A stretch of DNA of 64,000 bases from Lachnospiraceae bacterium (GTDB lineage Bacteria; Bacillota; Clostridia; Lachnospirales; Lachnospiraceae), in assembly GCA_045546735.1 (NCBI GenBank), contig JAZQDJ010000120.1, positions 42,394 through 106,393 of the forward strand. The letters run 5' to 3'. The notes under the pieces are model-generated. The model did no database searches. It had not been told where the DNA came from and worked only from the letters and a program-made list of their open reading frames with translations. The stretch's first letter is position 1. Every line of letters begins with the position of its first letter. The translations under genes were made by a program, and so were the position numbers. Below, piece by piece: positions 36,073 through 44,043 of this stretch.

Positions 36073-37239
36073 ATGAAGAAAATTACCAGACAGATATTAG
36101 CGTTATTTGCTATATGCCTAGCAATATGTTCCTTACAGACAACCACATACGCAGCAGATATAGATTGGGATTCACTTCTCAAAGTACCGGCAAAAAAAGC
36201 CCAAAAAGAGGCAAATCCGGAGAATCGGATGGCACATAATATTTATGCGAATCCGGACTTGAGTGCCACATCCGGAAAGTTTGACGGATTTATGATTGAT
36301 TTTAAGGCAGACAAAGTCGGAACGGCTACTTATTGGGCGCTTTGTAATTGGCAAATGAATAAAGATGATTTGATGAGCAAGTATGAGGTGATTGATGAAT
36401 ATGCAGGTGCGTATGCAGGTCTGCAGATGCGCCCGGACGGACCGAAGGCTATCATGTCATTTTGGGAAATTAAGTATAAGACTTCGTCCGGTAAGGAAAA
36501 GAAAGTGGAAGCAAAACGTGTGTATCCATCCGTCGGAGACACAAATAAGTTCGGCGGTGAAGGAGAAGGCACGAATTACATATGTGATTATAAATGGAAA
36601 AAAGGTAAATGGTACCGCATGTATTTAAACTGCTATCAGAATAAAAAGGGTAAGACTTTTGTGGAGCAGTGGGTGGCAGATTTGTCGACCGGAAAATGGA
36701 CATTGATCAGTCGCTTTGACACGGGATTGTATCATTCTTATTTTGAAGGTGCTATGTCGCAGTTTATGGAAAACTATAACTACAATTATGCGAATGAGAC
36801 AAGAACATTTGAGTACCGCAATATTCGCGTGAGAGAGTACGGAAAGAAAGATTGGACAACGATAAAAAAGGCAGAATTATCAGTGGATACCGGCTGGGAT
36901 AATAAAAAGGGAAATGCGGTTTACGGAGCAACAAAGGATCGTTTTTACGGTATTGCAAATGGTTACGGTCCGGATGCGTTTGAACTGAATGAAGTAGTTT
37001 GCGATACATATAAAGTAAAACCGACAAAGAATTTGTATATTCCTTCGACAAACGGTAAAAACAAACCGACGCAGATTTTGATTGAGAAGGCGAGTTTGTC
37101 AAAGAGTGTTATCCGAAAAATTGTTAAAAATAACAATGTGAAAAAGGTAACTCTGAAAGGTTTGAAAAAGAGTACGGCCAAGAAATATAAAAAGTACATT
37201 TTGCAGGTAAATAAGAAGATTAAAGTGACAGTGAAATAA
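36073..37239 (+). CDS. secreted protein of unknown function (tentatively DUF3472-like)
   Basis: Signal peptide ending TTTYA/AD. 388 aa. The family assignment comes from remembered motifs only (ATYWALCNW, GLQMRPDG, MSFWEI). Confidence 0.55.
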   Translation: MKKITRQILALFAICLAICSLQTTTYAADIDWDSLLKVPAKKAQKEANPENRMAHNIYANPDLSATSGKFDGFMIDFKADKVGTATYWALCNWQMNKDDLMSKYEVIDEYAGAYAGLQMRPDGPKAIMSFWEIKYKTSSGKEKKVEAKRVYPSVGDTNKFGGEGEGTNYICDYKWKKGKWYRMYLNCYQNKKGKTFVEQWVADLSTGKWTLISRFDTGLYHSYFEGAMSQFMENYNYNYANETRTFEYRNIRVREYGKKDWTTIKKAELSVDTGWDNKKGNAVYGATKDRFYGIANGYGPDAFELNEVVCDTYKVKPTKNLYIPSTNGKNKPTQILIEKASLSKSVIRKIVKNNNVKKVTLKGLKKSTAKKYKKYILQVNKKIKVTVK

Positions 37240-37278
37240 AAAAGGGGCTGTATCACAGACGTGATACAGCCCCTTTGT
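37238..37278. terminator. bidirectional terminator between convergent genes
   Basis: 15-bp stem AAGGGGCTGTATCAC/GTGATACAGCCCCTT with loop AGAC. An A-run lies upstream. Confidence 0.8.
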
Positions 37279-37289
37279 ATGTAGAATAA

Positions 37290-38084
37290 CTACCGGATTT
37301 TGTTTTTGTCAACATTATTTACGACATAGCGATATTTTCCGAAATTGTACGGTTCTTTATTTTGGGTGATGGTTCCATATTCAATCGCCTGTGTCGGGCA
37401 ATTGCCGATGCAGGCCATGCAATGCGTGCAGTTGTTGTTCCAAACAGGCTTTTTATCCTCTATCGTAATATTATTCAGAGGACAAAGTTTTGCACATTTG
37501 CCGCAGCCGATACATTTGTCGGTAGAATAAAAGTCTCTGTCGCGAAGTTTATATTTGCACCAAACAGGATTAAAAGGAACTGTAATGATGGTTTCAAATA
37601 GGAAAATATGTCTGGCGGTCAGTTTCCGTCCGGCCTTGATGTCTGCAACGACAGAGGCAATTTTTTCGTGGGATTTTAAAATTCTATCTTCCACTTCTTC
37701 TCTTTCCAGCATAGGATAAGAATCGTTTGCCACATAGTTTCGCGGCATTTTAAATTCTGCGTGCCCCAGGTAATTCATTTTTTTCTTGCGGAACATAGAT
37801 TTCGCAAGCTGTCCGGAAATACCGCAATACCCTCCGCTTGTAAAAATAAAATAAACATCTCTGTTTCCCGTAAATGTTTGCTTTTTTAAATATTTACTCA
37901 TAAATCTCGGCATTTCGCATACGTATACCGGCGCACAGATGATAAAAGGTTTGTCTGAGTGAAGAATGCTGTAGTCATCGTTTTTTATACGCTCAAGCAA
38001 ATTGATGCAGGTATCATTTAGTCGCCGTGCAATTTCACGGGCAATATATTCTGTATTTCCCGTTGCTGAAAAATATAAAATCAT
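37290..38084 (-). CDS. EFR1-family ferredoxin (flavodoxin-like domain plus 4Fe-4S dicluster domain)
   Basis: Start is placed at MILYFSATGNTEYIA, 5 nt after GGAGG. The two cluster motifs are CIGCGKCAKLCP and CTHCMACIGNCP. Confidence 0.8.
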   Translation of the reverse strand: MILYFSATGNTEYIAREIARRLNDTCINLLERIKNDDYSILHSDKPFIICAPVYVCEMPRFMSKYLKKQTFTGNRDVYFIFTSGGYCGISGQLAKSMFRKKKMNYLGHAEFKMPRNYVANDSYPMLEREEVEDRILKSHEKIASVVADIKAGRKLTARHIFLFETIITVPFNPVWCKYKLRDRDFYSTDKCIGCGKCAKLCPLNNITIEDKKPVWNNNCTHCMACIGNCPTQAIEYGTITQNKEPYNFGKYRYVVNNVDKNKIR

Positions 38085-38190
38085 AACTACCTCCATAAAT
38101 ACAACATGGCTATTATATGTATATGCGAAGATGCTGTTAATAGGGGTGCGATAGGGCTCATTTTTTTCGAAAAAACTTAGGGGTGCACCC

Positions 38191-38215
38191 TTGACAATAT
38201 ATATATATATATAAT
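38191..38215 (+). promoter_or_regulatory. promoter-like TTGACA-(AT)n-TATAAT with only a 13-nt spacer
   Basis: TTGACA at 38191-38196 and TATAAT at 38210-38215. The spacer consists entirely of AT dinucleotides. Confidence 0.4.
38197..38212. repeat. (AT)8 dinucleotide microsatellite
   Basis: Counted directly from the sequence. Confidence 0.95.
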
Positions 38216-38276
38216 AGATACTGAATTTTTGTAACTTTTAAACAAAAAATACAGTATAGAAAAGGGAGAGAAGAGT

Positions 38277-38993
38277 ATGAAACATTTGAAGAAAATTTTA
38301 GTTGCATGTATGGCCCTTCTGATTTTTGCAGGTGTGATGCAGACGGAAGTGAAGGCGGAGCAGTATTATAACTTTGATGATGCGCCGATTGTAAAGATAT
38401 GGGATTTGAAGACGGCTCCTAAAAAAGGGGATGGTGTTTGATCAAGCCTCTGTAATTATGAAGGGGATAAAGTAGAAGTTGTCAAAGTTACACAAAGTAA
38501 GAAGATTCTTAAAAACTTAAAACCTTATAATAGATATGATGCGGAAACAAAAGAAGGTCATGCAGGAATTTCGTATTTGCCGAAAAAGGCTGGAACTACT
38601 ACATTGAGTATTACAGTAAAATGCAATGGAAAAAAGAAAGTACATAAGGTAAAATTAAAGGTAGTACAATATAAAAATCCGTTTAAGACATTAAAAATCG
38701 GTAATAAAAATTACGAGAAAAAATTAGTAAATAAGAAGATTTTTTATATTTCAAAGCCTAAAAAGAATAAAAACGTAAAACTTTCATTTAAAATGAAGAA
38801 AGGATATGAGATATCCACAATATATTATCACTATATTAAAAAAGATGGATCTAGTGGTTTGGAAATTTTAAAAAACGGACAGAGATTCAAGCTCCGAAAG
38901 AATAGTGTGTTTATACAAATCAGTTACAGAAAAAAAGTAGACGGATATGATATAGGTCGCATAATTGATACAGTGTTTATTAATTTTAAATAA
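38277..38993 (+). pseudogene. secreted Ig-like (Big_2-like) domain protein gene interrupted by one in-frame TGA at 38439-38441
   Basis: GGGAGAG RBS and signal peptide MKHLKKILVACMALLIFAGVMQTEVKA. The same frame continues through the TGA into the 38577 ORF (…KKGDGV*SSLCNYEGDKVEVVKV…KKAGTTTLSITVKCNG…). Confidence 0.6.
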
Positions 38994-39074
38994 GAGATAA
39001 ACGCAAGGAATAAAATACCTCCATTTACAAATACTACTCACAGACGTAGAAAATGTAAATGGAGGATTTTTTAT

Positions 39075-39620
39075 ATGAAAGCAACAGGAATCGTAAGAAG
39101 GATTGACGACCTGGGACGTATCGTCATTCCGAAAGAAATCAGAAGAACACTCCGGATTCGCGAAAGTGATCCGCTTGAAATATTTACGGACAGAGAAGGA
39201 GAGATTATTTTGAAAAAATATTCTCCCATCGGCGAGATGACGACTTTTGCGAAACAATATGCAGAAAGTCTTGCCCAGGTGTCCGGGAAAGCAGCACTTA
39301 TTGCAGATAGAGATCAGTTTATCGCTGTTGCCGGAGGTTATAAGAGCTTGCTCGGAAAGGCAATGAGCCGCGAGATGGAGGATGCTATCACAAATCGCGA
39401 GAGTATTATGGCGGTCAAAGGTGATAAGAAATATATTGATATTTCTGATGAAAAAACACCGGAACTTGAGCAGTTTGTCTCTGTTCCGATTATTGCAGAA
39501 GGAGATGTCATCGGTGTGGTCATTCTGGCTTCCAATGATGCAAGCGATAAGATGGGAGAGGTTGAGAAAAAGCTTGTCCAGTCGGCAGCAGGATTTTTGG
39601 GAAGACAGATGGAACAGTAG
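39075..39620 (+). CDS. spoVT: stage V sporulation protein T (AbrB-family regulator with a GAF-like domain)
   Basis: MKATGIVRRIDDLGRIVIPKEIRRTLRIRESDPLEIF is the SpoVT/AbrB swapped-hairpin N-domain. At 181 aa it has the SpoVT length. Confidence 0.9.
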   Translation: MKATGIVRRIDDLGRIVIPKEIRRTLRIRESDPLEIFTDREGEIILKKYSPIGEMTTFAKQYAESLAQVSGKAALIADRDQFIAVAGGYKSLLGKAMSREMEDAITNRESIMAVKGDKKYIDISDEKTPELEQFVSVPIIAEGDVIGVVILASNDASDKMGEVEKKLVQSAAGFLGRQMEQ

Positions 39621-39690
39621 AGGGGAGTGGTTTTGGGAGTAAGCTGGAGAGATTGAGAATAGCCTTGGAATAAGTCTTGGAAGTGTGCGC

Positions 39691-39876
39691 GGGCAAGATT
39701 AGCTGAAAAGCTATGAAAAGGGCCCAATTTGAAATGTGAGTGAAAGAATAGATTGGACAATAAAAATTAAAAAACAGGAGCAACTTGCCCAAAATAAGAC
39801 AAAGAAATGACAAAAAAGGAGTTATGTTAACCTGTGCATGGGCAAGAGTATTCGAAAAATGGAGATTTTTTACCCA
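39691..39876 (+). repeat. array B of the GGGYAAG-N22-23-CCCA repeat family (3 units)
   Basis: B1 39691-39726 is GGGCAAGATTAGCTGAAAAGCTATGAAAAGGGCCCA. B2 39755-39791 is GGACAATAAAAATTAAAAAACAGGAGCAACTTGCCCA. B3 39840-39876 is GGGCAAGAGTATTCGAAAAATGGAGATTTTTTACCCA. Confidence 0.75.
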
Positions 39877-39913
39877 ATGCGCAAGAAAGCCGGGAAATAA
39901 CAAGATAGGGACA

Positions 39914-39948
39914 AATAAAAAAGGTCTGTTCCCTATGGAATAGACCTT
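39914..39948 (-). terminator. intrinsic terminator of the minus-strand DegV gene
   Basis: Stem AAGGTCTGTTCC/GGAATAGACCTT. The A-run on the + strand gives a T-run on the - strand. Confidence 0.7.
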
Positions 39949-39960
39949 AACTTTATATAT

Positions 39961-40866
39961 TTATTTTATAGCCGGACTATAATCAACAAAATAATCTGCA
40001 AATTCTCCGTCATCCGCATCAAAGAAACAGATGCCGACAATGCCTCGTCCTGTGTGAGCTCCGATAGCGCAGCCTACGGTCGAGATAAAATATTCTTTCG
40101 GTGAAACCTGCTCATCAAGATATTTCTGAACAAGAGAAAGAGACTCTAAGTCTTCCCCGTGACATACGGCAATTGTTTGTGAAGATGGCTTATAAGCATT
40201 CTCTTTTACATATTCCACAAGTGTTTTGAAGGCTTTTTTGCTACCGCGTACTTTCTGCAGAACAGAAAGTTTTCCTTCTTTATCTACAATCAGAATCGGT
40301 TTAATATCCAGTGTTTCACCGATAGTTCCGGAAACTTTGGAAAGACGTCCGCCCTTGATAAGATAGTTGAGTGTACGTACAGTAAACACATGATGAATAT
40401 GTGAAATATAGTATTCTGCTGCCTTAAGGATCGTTTCTTTGTCAGCACCTTTTTCCAGCATATGCACAAGTTTGGAAACGACAAGTCCGAATCCGATGGA
40501 TGCACACTTGGAATCAACAATTGTCAGATCAAAATCAGGATAGTCCTCAAGAACATTGGATTTTGCAATGTTTGCAGCATTAAATGTTCCGGCAATTCCT
40601 GTGGAAAAGCATAAGTAAATGACGGTGTCTCCCGCCTCCGCATATGGACGGAATGCATTTTCGAACATTTCCGGATTAATATGATAGGTACGGATTTCGC
40701 GTTTCATATCGTCAAGGATGTCGTAAAATTCTCCTGTTTGAATCGTGTCTCCGTCAAAATAGTCTACGTCATCAATCACAACCGGTGTCGGGATTACATG
40801 AAGTCCATGTTTCTCAACATAACTTTTCGGAAGATCGGTGGCAGAGTCGGTAATAATTTTCAGCAT
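39961..40866 (-). CDS. DegV family fatty-acid-binding protein
   Basis: MLKIITDSATDLP is a typical DegV start. LIKGGRLSK is also present. Confidence 0.85.
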   Translation of the reverse strand: MLKIITDSATDLPKSYVEKHGLHVIPTPVVIDDVDYFDGDTIQTGEFYDILDDMKREIRTYHINPEMFENAFRPYAEAGDTVIYLCFSTGIAGTFNAANIAKSNVLEDYPDFDLTIVDSKCASIGFGLVVSKLVHMLEKGADKETILKAAEYYISHIHHVFTVRTLNYLIKGGRLSKVSGTIGETLDIKPILIVDKEGKLSVLQKVRGSKKAFKTLVEYVKENAYKPSSQTIAVCHGEDLESLSLVQKYLDEQVSPKEYFISTVGCAIGAHTGRGIVGICFFDADDGEFADYFVDYSPAIK

Positions 40867-40903
40867 AACAATACCCCCTTACTAAAATTCATTCACTATT
40901 TTA

Positions 40904-42358
40904 TCAATCCTTACTCATCTGGTCAAGAAGACTGATTTTGATGTCATACAGTCTCGGTGAGAGATCGACATATACCTTATGCGGATTGACAAGACGTCTT
41001 GTTTCCGGCCAAAGTGTTTCGAGCTCCTGCTGACAGTAGGCCCGGATATCCATAACTTTTGGTGATTCATACACACATTCTCCGTTTAAGAAAACAGGAA
41101 CCATAAGGTCGCGGAGTGTATAAGTACCTGCGGCTAACTTTGTCTTCTTCCATGGTTCGAGCGGATCGAAGAGAAGAAGAGGCTGGTTTTCATCAAAAAC
41201 ATCATCTACAAGGCAGATGAGATCTGCTTTGATTTTTCCGGATTCTTTTTCATATACACGATAAATCTTTTTGTTACCCGGATTTGTTACTTTTTCTGTA
41301 TTTTCAGAAAGTTTAATCTTCGGGATAAATTTGCCGTCTTTTCCTTTAATGGCAGCAAGTTTGTAAACGCCGCCGAAGGACGGGCAGTCCTTACTTGTAA
41401 TCAGATGTGTTCCGACACCCCAGGAAGTAATCGTTGCACCCTGTGCTTTCAAGCTGTCAATCAGGTTTTCGTCAAGGTCATTGGAAGCGGAAATAATCGC
41501 ATCCGTAAAGCCTGCCTCATCGAGCATTTTGCGGGCTTTTTTAGAAATATATGCAAGGTCTCCGGAATCAAGACGGATACCATATTTTTTGGATTTAATT
41601 CCTGCATCGCGCATTTCGGAAAAGACGCGGATGGCATTCGGAACGCCGGATTTTAATGTATCATAAGTGTCCACGAGCAAAATACACGCATCCGGATAAA
41701 TGTCTGCGTAAGCTTTGAATGCTGTGTATTCATCCGGGAAACTCATAATCCAGCTGTGGGCATGTGTTCCGCTGACAGGAACATCAAACAGCTGCCCTGC
41801 AAGTACGTTGGAAGTTCCGACACAGCCGCCAATCATAGCTGCTCTGGCACCGTAGGTACCGGCGTCAGGTCCCTGAGAACGGCGGAGTCCGAATTCCATA
41901 ACGCCGTCGCCTTTTGCTGCGTAGCATACGCGGGACGCTTTCGTAGCGATAAGACTCTGATGGTTGATGATATTTAAAATTGCCGTTTCCACAAGCTGTG
42001 CCTGCATAATCGGTGCAATAACCTTAATCATCGGCTCTCTCGGGAACATTACACTTCCTTCCGGAATCGCGTAAATATCGCCTGTGAATTTGAAATCTTT
42101 CAGATAGTCAAGGAAATCTTGTGAAAAAATACCGAGACTTGCAAGATAGTCAATATCTTCTTTTTCAAATTTCAGTTCTTTTACGTACTGTATCACTTGT
42201 TCAAGACCGGCCATAATGGAATATCCGCTGTCCATAGGATTCTGGCGGAAAAAGGCATCAAAGATGACAGTTTCATTCATATCTTTGTGATTGAAATAAC
42301 CCTGCATCATAGTCAGTTCGTAGAGGTCGGTCAGGAGTGTTAAATTTTGTCTGTCCAT
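40904..42358 (-). CDS. pncB: nicotinate phosphoribosyltransferase
   Basis: Start is placed at MDRQNLTLLTDLYELTMMQGY, 9 nt after GGAGG. The motif SGTHAHSW is present. The start lies 1 nt after the upstream stop. Confidence 0.9.
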   Translation of the reverse strand: MDRQNLTLLTDLYELTMMQGYFNHKDMNETVIFDAFFRQNPMDSGYSIMAGLEQVIQYVKELKFEKEDIDYLASLGIFSQDFLDYLKDFKFTGDIYAIPEGSVMFPREPMIKVIAPIMQAQLVETAILNIINHQSLIATKASRVCYAAKGDGVMEFGLRRSQGPDAGTYGARAAMIGGCVGTSNVLAGQLFDVPVSGTHAHSWIMSFPDEYTAFKAYADIYPDACILLVDTYDTLKSGVPNAIRVFSEMRDAGIKSKKYGIRLDSGDLAYISKKARKMLDEAGFTDAIISASNDLDENLIDSLKAQGATITSWGVGTHLITSKDCPSFGGVYKLAAIKGKDGKFIPKIKLSENTEKVTNPGNKKIYRVYEKESGKIKADLICLVDDVFDENQPLLLFDPLEPWKKTKLAAGTYTLRDLMVPVFLNGECVYESPKVMDIRAYCQQELETLWPETRRLVNPHKVYVDLSPRLYDIKISLLDQMSKD

Positions 42359-42359
42359 G

Positions 42360-43607
42360 TTATTTTTCCTCCGCATTTGCCATTTTTTCTGATTTGGAAA
42401 TCAGTATAAAACCTATAATGAATAAAACTATCAGTGACAGCACACCATACTTGGAGTTACCGAGGAGTAACGCACAAAGGGAGATGATGAGCGGCCCCAT
42501 GAAATCTGCAAATTTCCCGAAAATATCGAAAAAGCCGAAGTATTCGCTCGCTTCTTTTTTCGGAATAAGTTTTCCGAAATAAGAGCGGGAAAGAGCCTGA
42601 ATACCACCTTGGCACATTCCTACAGCAATAGCGAGAATCCAAAATTCTGTTGCGCTGGAAAGGCCGTAGCCGAAAACGCAGATAATGCTGTAACAAATAA
42701 TATATCCCTTGATGATGGTAAGCGTTCCGAATTTGGCGGCAAGTTTTGCACTTGCGATTGCACAAGGAAAAGCGACAAACTGCGAAAGCAGAAGCGCTAA
42801 AATCATCTGTGTGGAATCAATACCGACTTCACCGCCGTAGCTTGTTGCCATGGAGATGATAGTGTAAACACCGTCGATATAGAAAAAGTACCCGATAATA
42901 AAATAAAGAAGACTGCGGTTTCTTTTCATTTTTAAAAATGTAAATCCAAGACGCCGGAAACTGTGGCAGACTACATTTTTTCTCGGACGGAGAAAATGTG
43001 TCTGTTTTACATTTTTAAGAAGCGGAATCGTAAGAACAAGCCACCAGACCATTGTAATGACAAAAGAAAGCTGCGTGGCAAGAACCGTAGAAAGTCCGAA
43101 TGGTTTTAACAAAATCAGAAGAATTCCGAGAATAAAAGGAATACAGCTTCCGATGTAGCCCATCGCATATCCGTAGGATGAAATCTTGTCCATTTTTTCA
43201 TCGCCTGTCACATCAATCAGCATAGAATCATATAAAATGTTACATGCGGAATATCCGATACGTGAGACGATGAAAAAAACGAGAAATACAATCCAGTTCG
43301 GTGCCAATGTAAAAGCAAAGCCACCGCCGATGGCCAGACATAGGAAGAATATGAAAATCTTCTTTTTGGTATTTTCATAATCAGCAAGTGCACCGAGAAC
43401 CGGAGCAAGCAATGCCAAAATCAAAATGGAAACAGATGTCGAAGTTCCCCAAATGGATGTTGCATGTGTGGCGGAAACGCCGTTTGCCGTGGCTAACGAG
43501 CGGAAATAAATAGGAATTGTCGCGGTCAGTATCATGCTGAAGGCAGAGCTGGCCACGTCATATAAAATCCAACTTTTTTCAGTTTTGGTCATTTTCTGTT
43601 TTTCCAT
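42360..43607 (-). CDS. MFS transporter (UMF1/Atg22-like subfamily)
   Basis: 415 aa with about 12 TM helices. N-terminus KSWILYDVASSAFSMILTATIPIYF. Confidence 0.75.
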   Translation of the reverse strand: MEKQKMTKTEKSWILYDVASSAFSMILTATIPIYFRSLATANGVSATHATSIWGTSTSVSILILALLAPVLGALADYENTKKKIFIFFLCLAIGGGFAFTLAPNWIVFLVFFIVSRIGYSACNILYDSMLIDVTGDEKMDKISSYGYAMGYIGSCIPFILGILLILLKPFGLSTVLATQLSFVITMVWWLVLTIPLLKNVKQTHFLRPRKNVVCHSFRRLGFTFLKMKRNRSLLYFIIGYFFYIDGVYTIISMATSYGGEVGIDSTQMILALLLSQFVAFPCAIASAKLAAKFGTLTIIKGYIICYSIICVFGYGLSSATEFWILAIAVGMCQGGIQALSRSYFGKLIPKKEASEYFGFFDIFGKFADFMGPLIISLCALLLGNSKYGVLSLIVLFIIGFILISKSEKMANAEEK

Positions 43608-43698
43608 ATATCAGTCTCTCCGATGAGCAGAATAAATTAAAGTCGATTTATTATAGCATTTTCCTTTTATAATTGCCACTTTTACTTTATAAAATCCC

Positions 43699-43728
43699 TT
43701 GACAATAAAGGCGAAAGAGCACTATAAT
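43699..43728 (+). promoter_or_regulatory. sigma-A promoter of the ileS leader
   Basis: TTGACA at 43699-43704, 18-nt spacer, TATAAT at 43723-43728. Confidence 0.7.
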
Positions 43729-43734
43729 GCGAAA

Positions 43735-43987
43735 TAGAGAAAGACGATGACGAAGACAGTAAGTTATCTGCCAAAGGCAAAGCGAGCCGGAGACGGTGAA
43801 AGTCCGGTGCGAGTAACAGATAGCCCAATATCACTTCTGAGTTGCAGGCTGAAACATTTTGGAGTAGGTTCTGACGGTATTCGCCCCGTTACAGCGGACA
43901 CATATAAAACACATTACGTGGGAGTATGCAGTAACAGGTGGTTCACGAAGCGGTAGCTCGTCCTTTTACGGACGGGTTTTTTTATTT
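43735..43987 (+). promoter_or_regulatory. T-box leader (Ile specifier) with terminator
   Basis: Stem I has the GA/K-turn (GATGACGAAGACAGTA) and a distal-loop GGTGAAAG. The candidate specifier is ATC followed by A and CTTCTGAG. A T-box-like GGTGGTTCACG is present. The terminator CTCGTCC/GGACGGG plus T8 lies at 43957-43987. Confidence 0.8.
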
Positions 43988-44043
43988 TATAAACGCAGGT
44001 GTCTGTCCCGGAGTCTGCACTCAAAGAAACAGGAGGTAGAAAC

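Noticed and set aside
38162-38175. Palindrome TTTTTTCGAAAAAA upstream of the (AT)8 promoter-like site
   Set aside because: It is a pure A/T homopolymer palindrome with a 2-bp GC core. Such sequences are expected by chance in AT-rich intergenic DNA, and it is not stable enough to act as a terminator.
38439-38441. Selenocysteine or recoded TGA in the secreted Ig-like protein gene
   Set aside because: I could find no convincing SECIS-like hairpin in the 40 nt downstream. There is no redox-type CxxU/UxxC context, and an extracellular Lys-rich protein is an unlikely selenoprotein. A nonsense mutation is the simpler explanation.
43747-43956. 69-aa ORF upstream of ileS
   Set aside because: It lies wholly within the T-box leader (stem I to the antiterminator). 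The structural RNA explains the sequence conservation features.
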